64,000 nucleotides of DNA, from contig NC_086108.1 of assembly GCF_963921235.1 (NCBI RefSeq), positions 51,956,001 to 52,020,000 of the forward strand, in the 5' to 3' direction. Source of the DNA: Mobula hypostoma. Taxonomy: Eukaryota. This document shows positions 35,912 to 49,730 of the stretch, one piece after another. Position numbers and translations under genes: made by a program. The notes beneath the pieces were generated by a model. It saw nothing but the letters and a program-made list of their open reading frames with translations, was not told where the DNA came from and searched no databases. The number at the start of each line of letters is the position of its first letter. Position 1 is the stretch's first letter.

Positions 35912-37679
35912 TACCTCTTCCTATAGATGCTGCCTGGCCTGCTGCATTCCACCAGCATTTTGTGTGTGTTGCTTGAATTTCCAGCATCTACAGATTTCCT
36001 CGTGTTTGTGTTTTTAAATTAAACACTCACCGATTTATGAGAATTTCTGGCCCGTGGCTGCTCAAAATGGAGGAGCAGGCTCTTCAAGTACCATGACAGG
36101 AATGCATACAATTAGCAGAAGGAAAGTCCACCATTCCCAGCTACCCATTCATCTCTCTTCCAAACACCACCTATGGCAGTAGAAATATTTTCTGCACAGG
36201 ACTGTTCAGCTACCACAGAACTGGAGTGGAGGCAAGTAATCTTTTAACCCTAAGTGACAACCTAAGAAGTGTTTGTTGTCTGGTCCACCACAAGCAGGGT
36301 CAACAAGACTTTAGGGGAGTGTAAGAAATGCATTGAGCACTGTAAGCCAGGATCAAAATCATTAACCAAGTCTTCTTTAGCATTTAGATATCAGTCTGAG
36401 ATATCTTAGTGTTATGACATTTATAAAAATAAGATTTTTAAATGTTTTACTGATTTAACTAAGCACTTCAGAAATACTTTGAGTATATGCTGTGCCATCC
36501 AAGTTGGATTTTGTTGCTTTGTCTTATACTTTTAGAACTATTTAATCAGGAGAACAAGTTGAGAAGGAATCCATGTTACAGAGGATTGTTTGTGGAAGAA
36601 GTGGCATTAGTGTCTTCAGAGAACATCAGTGGCCTATAACTTGTGTCATGTAATGCAGTGATGATTTGTACTATGTCATCTGTTTCCTAAGAAATTTAAT
36701 CTGTAATTAATGCTGGGAGCTTATTGTTCGGAGAATGAAATTTGTGATTCCTATCAATTTTCTCTGTGTATCCCAGTCCCAAATATATTAGAATTAGAAT
36801 TTTTTATTGCTTACATCCATCTCACAAAATGAGGGAGTAAAAATCTTTATGTTGCATCTCTGTTGCTATGTTCAAGCAATAAGGGAGGGAAATGTGGGAG
36901 GATATTGCCCAAACACTAAGAGTTTATACATAATTGTTTTGTATACATGTATGGACAGTCAGATACAATGTACAGTGTGAAATGCAATCAGATCAATCTG
37001 TATTGATAAATTGATGGCTGGTGAAAGAAGCTGTCTCGTAGCCTGATCATCCTGGCCTTAATGGAATGACCAATTAACCTACCTAATACGTCTTCCACAA
37101 GTACATAGACTACAACTGGCAAAGGCTACAAATGCAGTGGCAGGCCTTCCTGTGAACTGCGCAACCAGCTTCAGCATAGTTAAAAGGAACATGCATGAAC
37201 CTGTGGATTCCAATGCTGAGAACTCGTTCTATGTAGGGCACCTCTGAATAAAACAAAATAAAACTTGTACCAGCTCTTCTAGAGTCTCCAAATCACCTAC
37301 TGTGCCCATGTTTGTGACTGCATGCCCTCTTTTGTTCATCTCCTCCATCTGATCCCCATGAATCCCAGCTATCCCCACAACAAACCAGATATGTGACCCT
37401 TCTTGTTTTTTTTAGCTTGGTCTGACATTGCATAGTAAAAGCGAGTTTAGCATGCAGGACTTAATCTAGTGTGCATCATGGACCTTGTTTAGCACATCTT
37501 TACAAATGCTGAAGAACATCCAGGCCAGAGTTCCAATGAAATGAATGAACTTATTATTATTTCTGAGTCTGGACAAGCCTGGTGCAAACTTGCAATCCAA
37601 ACACAAATGCTGAGCATTTTGAGTATATTGCGTCTGTCACTGGATTCCATAATCAAAGTCCGCAAATAACAATTCAGAC

Positions 37680-37822
37680 AACATCTGTGGAAAGAGAAAC
37701 AGATAAATATTTAAGGTCAGTGACTGACAAAGTGTCATTGACCTGAAATGGTGAGTCTGTTTCTCTTTTCACAAATGCTGCCTGACTTCCTGTGCATTCC
37801 AGGATTTTCTCCTTTTATTTTA
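37680..37822. mobile_element. Old palindromic Penelope-tail element (degenerate hammerhead)
   Basis: AAAGAGAAACAGA..AGGTCAGTGAC / GTCATTGACCT..TCTGTTTCTCTTT inverted arms; CTGACAA..GAAATG; ATGCTGCCTGAC tail. Confidence 0.55.
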
Positions 37823-40159
37823 CATAAATGGACAGTGTAAATTCCAATGTATTAAATCACTTGTGATCTTCTCAGCATCTTGAATGCTTAATATTTCAAA
37901 TGTTCATTGTAAACAAAGCCAGTAAAATCATATTTATTCATACTTGATCTCTATCTCAACCATCTACAATAAAATCAATTTGACAATAACTCTTCTGAAA
38001 GTTTTGTAGGTTTCTTATTTTGATGCCTGTGATCAAAGTTGCCATTTATTTTATTTGTTTCCAGTCAATGAGCTTATCCTAGCATATGTTTAAAATGTCA
38101 GGTCGTTAATTATATTTTTTATATGTTTTGATTCCTAAACTTCGTAATAATAGTATTCTTTGTGGAGAAGGTGCTCCAACAAGCTCTTCAACTATAAAAT
38201 GGCGGAGGTATTTTCTAATGAATGGAATGTGGAAGCATGTAGACCTTTGTTAGGTTTAGGATATTAACTCCTGAATACTGAGGGCTATTTACAGCTTTCA
38301 CTCTGCACAGATGTTTGCCATCAGGGAACAGCTGGGAAAATAAATCTGTATAAATTGGTTACTGTAAACAGAGGAGAGTGTAGCAGGTCAGAACATTCCT
38401 AAGATGGGCGTTCGTTTAACTATTACTGCTACATGTGTTTCCTCATATGCTAAAATGACAAAAACAAAAGGCACCACTGGTATTTGGCCAAGAGACTGAA
38501 ATTCCTGAGGTTGAGGATGCTGCAGTGTTGTTGAGTTGCTTTGGGATTCAGCACAGGAAATTCTGCATGGCGGAACAAGCAATTCTTCAATGCAAGACAA
38601 ACATCTGGAGCACATCTGAAGGAATTCTTCAGCTATCCTGGACTTTCACCCTATTAAAACTTACAATATGCTCTATTCAAGACCAAGCTGAGTGCTGTGG
38701 GTAAATGTAATTGAATTCACTGACTGCCTCTACAGTGGTGGCTTTTGAACACCAAAAGGCAAGCTTTAAATATAATGGATATGTTCCTCTTCAACTTTCA
38801 TTAGGGCACCCATCCCTAGGGCGGCATGACTCAGCTTAATTTTTTTTCATTTACTGATAGTCTTTGAGATACAGGATATCTTTTCAAGCATTTTTTTAAA
38901 CTTCAGTGCTACAATGTGGTATGAGATCGATAACAGAATCTGAGGGTAATTGACTATGACTATGACTATGAATAAATGCTGAGCTACTAAATTTCTGCTG
39001 GTAGATTTGGGACATAAGGGATTTCATCCTCCAAAGCCGAAAAAGAAGGAAGATGCTTGTAACCTCAAGACATTCAACAAATTCAGCAAAACAACTTTGC
39101 AGTATCACAACTATTATAGGTAAAACTGGAAACAATGTCTTACGGTAATACATAAATTATCACTTATTGTGCTTTTAGTTAAGCATAAATATTGGTTATG
39201 ACATTAGACAACAAATGTGTTTTTGGGATTGTTTACAGTTAATCCAGTTTAACAAATTTTCGACAACTCAGCACCTTCACTAAGCACTGAAATGCTCAGT
39301 GTAAATTATAAACATAAAACCTGTGGAGTGGAGCTGGAGTTTTAATATTTGAATCAGTGTTAAGGCAATATTAATCACTGGACAAATGTATTAATAATCT
39401 GAGCTAGATCTTTATCCTTGTTCGGTGCTTAGGTTGCAGAGGCATTGATAGCAAGTGCTCTAGTTCATCTTGATGTTTCTGTGTTGAAAATGTGAAATAG
39501 ACACATCCTACTTACCCTTGACAAGATACTAGCCATCAGTCTTCGTGAACTGCCACAGTCCACGTGGTTAAAGTTTGCTTGCAGTACAATTAGGTGGAAT
39601 GTTTCAAAATATTAGTTCAGGTGTCTGCCTTATTTGGAGATTATGGTGTTCCCATGTGCCTGTTACCTTTATCTTGGGGTGTAAGATCAAGAGTTGGGGA
39701 GAAGCTGATGAAGACCCTTCAGTGAGATGCTGTAATGGATCTTGCATACTTCAGGTTTAATAGAACTATGGTAGAGGGAGCGAGTGTTTAGGATGGTGAT
39801 TAGGTTGTTGATAAGCAGGCCTCTTTGACTTTAATCATGCAGAAATTCTTGGGTATGTTTGGAGCTGAACTCTTCCAGGCCTTTGGGGATATTCTCCACA
39901 GACTTCATTTGTGCCTGCTGAGTGTGCAAAGTCTTTGGAGAATCAGTTGATGAGTTACTCACTGCAGAATATGCAGTCTTTGGCCTCCTTTTACTTGAGT
40001 TTTGGACCATACAATGATGCATCCTCTCCTAGGATGTTGATGGTGGAGGATTTAATGATGGCAAACCCATTGAATGTCAAGGAGTGGTTATGAAGCTTTC
40101 TCTGCTTTTAAGGCAGCTTAATCATGACATCTCAAATTCCATTTTGGGAATAACGTCCT

Positions 40160-41550
40160 AACCTATTCAACCTTTCCCTATAACTCAGGTCCTCAAGACA
40201 CAGCAACATCCTCGTAAATTTTCTCTGCACTCTTTCAATCTTGTTTACAACTTTCCTGTTGGTAGGTGACTAAAATTGCACACAATACTCCAAATTATGC
40301 CTCACCAATGTTGTACATAATTTCAACATTACATCACAACTCCTGTATGCAATAAATTGATTCATGAAGGCCAATATCCCAAAAGCTTTATTTATGACCC
40401 TGTCAACCTGTGATGCCACTTTCAAGGAATTATGGATCTGTATTCCCAGATCCTTTTGTTCTACCGCACTCAGTGCCGCTCACCGTGTAAGAACTACCCT
40501 GGTTGGTCCTCCTGAGTTGCAACACCTCACACTTTTCTGCATTAAATTCCATCTACCATTTTGAAGCCTATTTATTCAAGCTACAAGCTTTGATAGTCTT
40601 CCTCACTGTCCACTACACCCCCAATTTTGGTGTAATCCACAAATTTACTAATCCAGTTTACCACATTATAATCCAAATTGTTGATGTAGATGACAACTAA
40701 CAATGGACCCAGCACCGATCCCTGTGGCACATTACTAGTTACAGGCCTCCAGTCAGAGGAGCCACCATCTACTTCCACTCCCCGGCTTCTCCTGCGAAGC
40801 CAATGTCTAATCCAATTTACTACCTCATCCTCAGTGCCAAGTGACAGAACCTTCTTGATCAACCTCCCATGCGGGACCTTGTCAAAGGCTTTGCTGAAGT
40901 CCATGTAAAGGACAATGGAACACCATTTGCTATCCTCCAATTCTCCAGCGCGTCACCCATGGCTAAAAAAAAGCTTTAAATATCTCTACTAGGGTGCCTG
41001 CAATTTCTACACTAGCCTCTCCCATAGGGTCTGAGGGAACACTTTGTCAAGCGCAGGGGATTTATCCAGCCTAATTTGCCTCAAGACAGCAAACACCTCC
41101 TCCTCCTCTGTAATCTGTATAGGGTCCATAGCCTCATTGCCGTATGCCTCACTTCTATAGAGTCTGTGTTCATTTCCCAAGGAAATACAGATGCAAAATA
41201 AAACATTTAAGATCTCACTCATCTCTTTCAGCTCCACACATAGATTAGCACTCTGATCTTCCAGAAGACCAATTTTGTCCCTTGCTATCATTTTGCTCTT
41301 AACATATCTGTAGAAGGCCTTGGGATTTTCCTTCACCATGCCTTCTTTTAGCCCTCCTGATCTCCTTCTTAAGTGTTCTCTTGCATTTCTTATACTCCTC
41401 AAGTACCTTATTTGTTCCTATCTGCCAATATCTGCTATGCACCTCCTCCTTTTCTTAACCTGAGCCTCAATATCTTGTGAAAACGTAGGTTCCCTAAACC
41501 TGTTATCCTTGCCTTTTAGTCTTACAGGAACATTATGACTCTGTACTCTG
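40160..41550 (-). mobile_element. CR1 LINE ORF2 fragment
   Basis: YMDFSKAFDKVPHGRL..VPQGSVLGPLLVVIYINNLD..SKFVDYTKIGG; KENPKAFYRYVKSK. Confidence 0.92.
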
Positions 41551-41687
41551 TATGCCAGAGATCTCTGTTATTATTAGTTGCTGTTTAGACATATGAGATA
41601 GTCTGCTGACATCATGCTAGAGTGCAGTAAGTCATGTGAAGTTCAAGTGATTTACAAGAGTGCAAGTTTCAACACTTGCTTTTTGAC

Positions 41688-42035
41688 CACTGTTCCCTTT
41701 AAGCTGCATGGGTGCGCTGCCCCATAGTAACTAAAATGTTCCCGCGCATGTGACCTTTGTTGCCATGCAGCTAGAATTTTCTTTTATGATGTATAATGTT
41801 AATATAATTATAAAATTATGTGAATATAGTTTTTGAATCTGTTAATATAATTATGAAATACCTAGTAATTAACTATGTATTAATGAATATAATCCATAAA
41901 ATTTTAAAATAATAAATGTACCACAAACTTTACTTTGAAAATTTTAGAGCTTTAATGTATTTACATTGTAAGTGTTTCAAGTTACAATCTGTTACAAATT
42001 GTAAAAACAAACACAGAATGGAAGTCAGTAGCACA
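41688..42035 (+). mobile_element. hAT (Tip100-like) non-coding end fragment related to the 46144 element
   Basis: CACTGTTCCCTTTAAGCTGCATGGGTGCG..AGTAACT..CTTTGTTGCCA is shared with 46144-46240. Confidence 0.6.
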
Positions 42036-42094
42036 TTGTTAATTAACCGCCAGCCCACTGAATGCCGACACTGTAATATGCTTATTACAAAAAA

Positions 42095-42345
42095 GGTCAG
42101 GTAGCATCAGTGAAAGAAGAAATAGAGTTAATATTTCAGATCTGAAATTCTTGTCAAGTCTGGGAAAGCAAGGAAAACAAGTTAGTTTCAATTGTTGAAC
42201 TGATAATACAAAAGAGTAGTACAATAATCCCTTGATATCTCCAGATGAAGTGAATTATCTAAAGTTGTGGAAGTTGGTACTGTCTGAAAGGCTGTAGTGC
42301 TGCTGGAGGGAAGATGAGGTGCTGTTCCTCAAGCTTGCTTCATTT
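42095..42345 (-). mobile_element. Old Penelope-like fragment
   Basis: GATGAGGTGCTGTTCCTCAAGCTTG encodes KLEEQHLI on the minus strand, plus a degenerate tail. Confidence 0.5.
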
Positions 42346-44211
42346 TAACATTAGCCTTCACCGTATTGATGGTGATGATAATATCATTGAATGACAGTAA
42401 AGGGTAGTTAAACACGCTCTTATTGGATATGGTCATCAAATAGCATCTTTTGCGATGTAAATGTTATTTGATGTTTATCAGCTCATGCTTGAATGCTTAC
42501 TATGGGTTTGAAGAGCTGTTATTGGAATTTAACATAACATAATCATCAAAGAGCATCTTCACATCTGAATTTCTGATGGAAAAAAGAGAATAGACAAAGC
42601 AACTGAAAAGGGTTGGGCTTGAGATACTGTTCATAGTAATTACTGCAGTAGCCCTCTTGGCATGGCATGATTGGCCTTTAACAGCCACAGTCCACTTTTT
42701 TTTGTATGGGGTATGAAAATTACTATTAGAATGTTTTCCTTTATTGCATATTGACTTCAATTTTACTGGGACACTTTGATACCACACTGGACGAAATGCT
42801 GGCAGTAACTCTGAAATTCAGCTCTTTCATGTACTAAAGCTTTCGAGAAATTTGCAGGGTTCTTCTGAATCTCAGACTAGTGAGAGATGTGGGAATAAGG
42901 CATGAAAATAATGTTGAACTTACCCTAGCTAAGATTAGTGATAATTTATTAAACCTGTAACTCCTTTGTGGAACTTTTTGAATAAGTATCTGCAGTGGCT
43001 ACACAGGTAATTCAAGAAATACCTGTGACCTGAGTCACCTCCATTGGTTCTGTTAGGTTTGACCAAGAGTCTAAACTTAAAGTACATTTGAAGTTCCTTG
43101 TATAACATTTAATTATTTCATTTCCAACTTTTGCTCAGTAAAATTAAACGTCAGTGTAACGCGAAGGACTTGAGTGGAACTATCACATTAAAGTATCAGT
43201 TAATAATATTGAAATGAATAAAATGGCAATTTATAGCAAATTTGTCATTTACCGCTTGGTGGTAACAGATCAATGTCGCATAATTTTGACAATGTATTAA
43301 TGGAAGAGCAACTAGAATCATGCAGCACATAAAACATTATTGCTACAATTAAAATTGCACACCTTCTACTCTTTGAGGATAGTAGCACTTATTAAGCAAC
43401 TTCATAAGTCACAGTTTAAGCCTGACTTGTATTCTTGTTGGTTTTATCTCAGGTTAACTGAGGTTATTTCATAAGTTGAACTGGGAGGAAAATGAGATTG
43501 AACATTCCTTTCCACAGATTATGCTGGACTTAATCTTCAATTGTGGCAGTGTATGAATTTGCAGTGCTGCCAGTACCTGAGTATTTGAGCAACAATTAAC
43601 CTGTTTGTTGTCTGTGGTTGGTTTCAAGCAATTTTTGGGATGCATTTTTATGATTACATACAGATTTCACCACTGCTTACATTTTGAGTAGATGAGTTAT
43701 AATCAATGTGATTTAATAAGTAAAAATGAAGCCAGTGTTCAAGTATCTTACTTAACTGACCAATTCAGAAAATATTATGGCTTATACATACTTTGCCATG
43801 GAACAAAACTCTCAGGAATATTATTTGATTCACTGAAATATAACTCAATTTGCAGGCTGTAGTTTTTGTATTTGGAAGGAGAGGTTCCAAAACACTAGTT
43901 TGCCTACCAGAAATTTACATTGCAAAGAAAAAAGATTCAGAAGATTTTCAGTAAAAGCTACCACTGTTTACTTATCAAATGGTAAAGAAATATTACAACT
44001 AGTACAACATAGAAACCACCTGAAAACCATTTCCTTTTTGTCTTGTCTTGGAAGGAGCCAAGTTGCAAGAAGACAGAGATACGTAGTAATGTTCACCTCT
44101 TCCTGAGTTATTCAACAAACAATAAAGACACTTGAAAATTATAAATAGTACTTGGTTCTGTATCAAAATAAAATAAGTCAATATAATTTGAATTAATACA
44201 GCTGAATAATG

Positions 44212-44482
44212 GTTATCGTGATGCTATACAGCTTGGGTGTCAGAGTTCAGAGTTAATTTCCGATGCTGTTTGTAAGGAGTCTGTATGTATTCCTCGTGCA
44301 ATACATGGGATTTCTCTGGGTGCATCGTTTCCTCCCACAATCCAAAGACAGTTAGTAGGTAAATTTGTCATTGTAAAAAATTGTCCTGTGATAAGGCTAG
44401 CATCAGTCGGGGATTGCTGGGCCAAGCTACTCAAAGGGCCTGAGGTGCCTTTTCTGTGCTGTATCTTAATAAATAAATAATC
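44212..44482 (+). mobile_element. V-SINE (HE1-like)
   Basis: GGGATTTCTCTGGGTGCATCGTTTCCTCCCACAATCCAAAGAC..TAAA tail; homologous to the 13857 copy. Confidence 0.8.
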
Positions 44483-46143
44483 TATTGCATAAAAAGAAAG
44501 AACTGGTGTTTCTACAGAGCATTTTAAGGTCACTGTACAATGCAACATACTTTGACATACATTTTGAAATATGGTAAAAGTTGTAATACAGTAAACATGA
44601 CAGCCAGTGTTCACACCCCATAGTCCATCCAGCAGCTACTTAAAAAAAAAATAAGATTATTTAATTTAGCTGCTGTTTGAGGGATAAATCTTTGGCTAGG
44701 GCATCAGATGAACTAAAAATAAATAATGATTTTTAAAAAAATATCTACCTGAAACTGCAGATGGAAATGTAGATTGAAATAAGAAAGTTGTTGACACTGT
44801 AGTATAGTGTCACTACTGCACTAAATATTTCCAACACTCATTCCTGTACTTGTATTTATTGAGTAGTTGTAGAGGAATTCTTTGCCTCATTGAGGAGAAA
44901 ACCAAATAAATAACCTGAAGTAGTCATTTATACAGTACACATAGGTTTAAATGGCAAAAGCATTAGCAACAACTTGGACTTGTGTATCATCTCAACACAG
45001 AAAAACATTTCATGATTCTGCACAGGTCTGATCAGATGAAATAACAAAATAATGGGCAATGTCTGTTCTGAAATAAACATTTCAGTTTGGTTACCCTTCA
45101 TCAAAACTGCCATCATTTTCTTACGTTCTCCTTGCAACTCCAGTTTCTACTTTTCAAACCATATGTTTTGCTGGAGAGGCCATCAGAAATATAGACAGGA
45201 GTGAATTATAAGGAGTTTAAAAGGAGGAAAGGTGGAAAAGCAAAGAGGTCTAGCTTGAAATTAAAAAGCAAGAGACCAAGAAGTGATTGAGAAACTGAGA
45301 ATTTAGGAGATTACAGAATATACCAGCGCAGAGGGCAAAGGTCTTAGAAGTACACAAAAAGGCAAGCAAGTGCCAAATGCAAGTGATGGGTGAGCAAGGC
45401 CAAGTGCAGGTTATGATAGAGGTAGTAGAATTTCTGATGAGCTTAAATTTACAGCTGTTAAAGAATGGGTTTTAATTTGGGAAAAGTAATTGGAACAGTT
45501 AAGTGAGGTAAACATTAACAGATAGCTGTGGAGTTCACCAAAAGATAGGCTGAGGTGACCATGGTGACGTGGTTGGTTACCACTGATGGATGGAAGCTGA
45601 ACCTGATGAACACCAGGATGGCAAATACCTTTACCCAAGAAGGAAAGAAATCATAGCGAGGATCTGGAATTTGTGGCAGGTATTAAATGTTGGGGCATAT
45701 TCTAGAGTTAGGGTATATAGTAAATATTAACTTCAGTCACAATCTTTAGACCTGAATGTGGATTGTATATTAAATTTAAAATGCAGCTCTGGACAATAGT
45801 TTCCTTGAGCTGTGGACACAAGTTAATTGAAAACCAAACAATGCTGATTAACATTCATTTTAGCTGTCCAGAGTGTGGGTACGAAGAAGAAGTTGGAAAA
45901 ACTATGTGCCATTTAAAGGAAGCATTGTAACTAAAGATGTTACCTTTGATCTTTAGCATATAAAATGTCATGTAATATTGGATCGAACAGGCCTCTTCCT
46001 CTGAGAGTGTCTCATTTTGTTGAAAAAAACACTTCTGTATCCACTAATTTCAGTGTCTTTCTGGTGATTTTCTTCACATTACAACAATAAAAACAATGAC
46101 ATTTATCATCAATCCAGAGGAAAATGGGGAACAATATGGAGAG

Positions 46144-47245
46144 CACTCTTCTCTCCAAGCTGCATGGGTGCGTGGCAGCACAGTAACTGAAATGCTGCTG
46201 GGTGCATACCCTTTGTTGCCACGTAACTGGAATTTTTAAAATATAATTTTGAAATTATGTTATAATTTTGAAGCTAACTGCATGTGGCAGGATTATTATT
46301 GTTCAAGCAATAAAAAGTTTGATATCAACAACAATCTTGATGTTCAAAGATGGTGATGTTTATGGCAGGCTGGGCAAATGTTATGCTTGGAAAGAATAAT
46401 GATGTGGCAGCAATTCTTTGAAAGAGAAAGCATCTGTCTGAGCAACATTGTGTTGCACACAGATATTTGAGATGAGATGATGCACGGTAAAATGTATCAA
46501 TCATGCAGGATATAGAAACACTGCTACTAACAGTATTCAACAGGTCTTCAGTTAAAAAAGGAAAGTTAGAAGAATTAGCTAATGTCACAGAATGTGATGT
46601 TGTGTCATTTAGACTATTAAATAAAGTAAGATGGCTGGCAAGACATTTTGCCTTTACTGCTTTAATGAGGAATTGCGAATTAAGCTTTTGATCCAGTATT
46701 GCAAAGAGCAAGTTAACAAATATAATGATCCAATCAGCAACTACTGCCTGAAGATTTTGACCAAGCTACATTATCGAGTAGCATTAACTGTCCTTAATGA
46801 TGTTTTAGCAGATCCGGCATCTCTTTGTCAGGAAAGCTGTTTGAATACAATTGAACCATTGCAGCATGCAAAAGCAAAAAAATTAACAAGCTACAGTCAC
46901 AGTATCTTGGCAATAGCATTTACTGGAGTGACAAAGTGAAAGATCTGCTTGCATCTATAAGTTCTGACATTGATACTGTGCCGATTATTTGATTCATTCA
47001 ATGTGAGTGCAATCAATTGCATAATAGATTTCCTGACAATGAATTAAGAGAATGGCAAGCGTTTGACCCTGTTGCTATTGCAAACACAATCAATTTTGAA
47101 TTTGGAAAAGAGAATGTTGTACGACTGACAAAAAAAATACTCAGCTACTATTACAAACTACGATGAAAGTGTTGCCTCAAAAATATCGCAGCATTACTGT
47201 GATTTCAAATTTGTCATTTCTGAGAAAGTTGGGACTGGTTCAATG
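46144..47245 (+). pseudogene. Decayed hAT transposase (ZNF862/Tip100-like) with left end
   Basis: ANVMLGKNNDVA..EQHCVAHR..FNRSSVKKGKLEELA..VRWLARHFA: the hAT CxxH and RW motifs. Confidence 0.8.
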
Positions 47246-47818
47246 CAGCTGTCAAAAAAAAAAAGACAACATTAGTGGAGGGTCAATAAGAATGCTACTT
47301 ACACGGAGGTGATAGAAAGTAAGTGATAGAAAAGTAATTGGGATATCAGCTAAGAAATGTTATTTGATCACCACTTCTGGGAATAATGTTAAGATTGGAG
47401 AATTAAGAGGTTGCGTTACATGTTCAAGGAGAATTAACCAGTGCTTGACCTGCTCTAGTTAAGTCCGATATCAGAGATTGGCTGTAAGCAAGAATAGTCT
47501 TACCAAATAGTGGCAGTAGAGAAGATGATGGAGAATGATGTAGACAAACAAGTTGAATACCACAGAAAGATTAAGGAAGGCAAACAGGTTTATGAATAAT
47601 GGTCATAGTCACCATTGTTCTTTTGGACTTAAAAACCATTTCAGTATTGGAGACAGTAGTAGGAACTAATCTGGAGATGCAGGAGACATGGGAATAGATT
47701 TTGGATCTTTAAATAGAAAGGTGTACTGATAGAGATATGGGAAAGGCATTTGTTAAGGTAATGACACATTCAAAATTTTTGAGGGTGAAACTAAGAAACT
47801 CATGTTGGAAATAATGAA

Positions 47819-47875
47819 CGCAAACACGAGGAAATCCGCAGATGCTGGAATTTCATGAACTTTTATGTATGTTGT
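47819..47875 (-). mobile_element. Tiny Penelope-tail insertion with 14-bp TSD
   Basis: CAAACACGAGGAAATCCGCAGATGCTGGAATTTC is the reverse complement of the family 3' end; TTGGAAATAATGAA occurs at 47805-47818 and 47876-47889. Confidence 0.7.
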
Positions 47876-47939
47876 TTGGAAATAATGAAGAAATTGCAAG
47901 GGCAGAAGTTTAAAAGCAGGATTTTAAAGTGAAATGGTT

Positions 47940-49730
47940 TTGAAAGTTGTTCAGCACATCTGCTCCTCTGAGTTTTCCCCATTTCACCTTAAATCCATGC
48001 CTTGCGTATTAGACATTTAGATACTGGCTATCTACTCTATCTTTTAAACTACTAACAGATCTTCTCTCAGTCTCCACTGTTAAAGGAAAACAATCCATGT
48101 TAGTTGAACCTCTCCTTGTCCTAGTCGGCATCCTGATAAATCTCATCTGTACCCTCTCCAAAGCCTTGACATCTTTCCTATAATGAGGCATTCAGAACTG
48201 AATACAACACACCAGGTGTGACCTAACTGGAGTTTTTGTTAAAGTGGCAACAAAACTTCCTGATTCTTGAACTTAGTGCCTTGACTAATAAAGGAAAGTA
48301 TGTCGTAAGCCTTCTTTACCATCCTGTCAACCTGTGCAGTCACTTTCAGGGAACTATGGATTTGGACTCCAAGATCCTCCTGTTTTTCCAGTAACAGTAT
48401 ACAGACTATTATATTTGATCTCCCAAAGAGCAACACTTCATATTTGACTGGATTAAACATCTGCCATTTCTTGCATATATCTGCAACTGATCTTAGAGCC
48501 ACTCTATCCTTTGACAGTCTCTGCCACACCATCAATTTTTGTAACGTTTGTGAACTTAACTTAACCACCTATATTGTCATCCAGATCTTTCATATATTGA
48601 ATATCACAAACAGCAAAAGTTCCTTTACTGATCCTTTTGGAACACCAGTAGCCACAGTCCTCCAGCCAGAATAAATCCCATTGTTTACGATCCTCTGCTT
48701 CTATGGGCAAGCAAATTCTGAATCCAAAAGTCATCTTGGCGCTCATGCAACTTAATCTTCATGAGGGTCCTTGTCAAACGCCTTAATAAAATCCATATGG
48801 ACAACATCCACAGCTCTACCTTCAACAATCACCTTTGTCACTTCCTCTCTAAATTTAATCGAGTTAGTAAGACATGACTTGTCCCTAAATTGGCCATGAT
48901 TTTCCAAATACTCATTAATCTTGTACCTAAGAATCTTCTCTAGGAGCTAGGACAGTACAGTAGAAGAACAATGTTGCCAAACCAATTAAAGTAGTACTCA
49001 AATGGTTAACTAAACTAATCTCTTCTGCCTACACGGACCCATATTCTTCCATTTCCCTCATCTAAACATCTCTTAAAAGTCTCTAATATTTCTGCCTCTA
49101 TCACCACCCCTGACAGCACATTCCAGGCAACCACCACTGTGTGTTTAAAAATAATTGCTCCTCACATCTCCTTTGGAATTATTCCTTCTCACCTTAAATG
49201 CATGCCCACAGGTATAAGACATTTCACCCTTGGAAAAAAATTCAGTCTTTCTACTCTATCTATGCCTCTCATAATCTAATAAACCTCTGTCAGATTTCCA
49301 ATCAGCCTCTGCCACTCCAGAGGAAATGTTTCTGGGATTATCTCTATTTCCCTTCTTGAATAGTGAAACAACATCTGCAAATCACCAAACCTGTGGATAG
49401 GGAGGACTTGAAGATCTTGGTAAAGGCCCCAGCAATCTCATGTCTTGTCTCTCTCAGTAATCTGGGGTATATCCCATCAGGCCTCCTAGGGATTTTTCCA
49501 CTTTAATGTTTATTAAGAGACCTAAAATAGCTCCCTTATCTCAAATGCTTTGGAGCATTATTGCACTCCACGCTCATTTCTCTATCCTTAAGGTGCCATA
49601 CATCCTCCTTGGTAAGTACTGATGCAGAGTACTCATTTAGTATCTCTCCCACATTCTCTGCCTCCCACATTCTCCTGTTCCCTTCTTTATCCCTGAGTGG
49701 TTCTACCCTCTCCCTCCCAAGTTGTTCTCT
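47940..49730 (-). mobile_element. CR1 LINE fragments (an older copy with a nested CR1 3' end at about 48945-49325)
   Basis: RKDVKALERVQMRFIRM, DLGVQIHSSLKVTAQVDRMVKKAY, AVDVVHMDF motifs. Confidence 0.85.

Larger units (their letters stand above)
35671..36020. mobile_element. Palindromic Penelope-derived element with two hammerhead motifs and a 15-bp TSD
   Basis: Arms 35671-35811 and 35830-35969 are near-perfect reverse complements; AAATTA(C/A)ACACTCAC occurs at 35665-35679 and 36016-36030. Confidence 0.9.

Noticed and set aside
35671-35969. Intrinsic terminator, pre-miRNA or DNA-transposon MITE
   Set aside because: The arms match the Penelope 3' tail seen at 1581 and 23821, the structure is asymmetric, and the TSD is long (15 bp).
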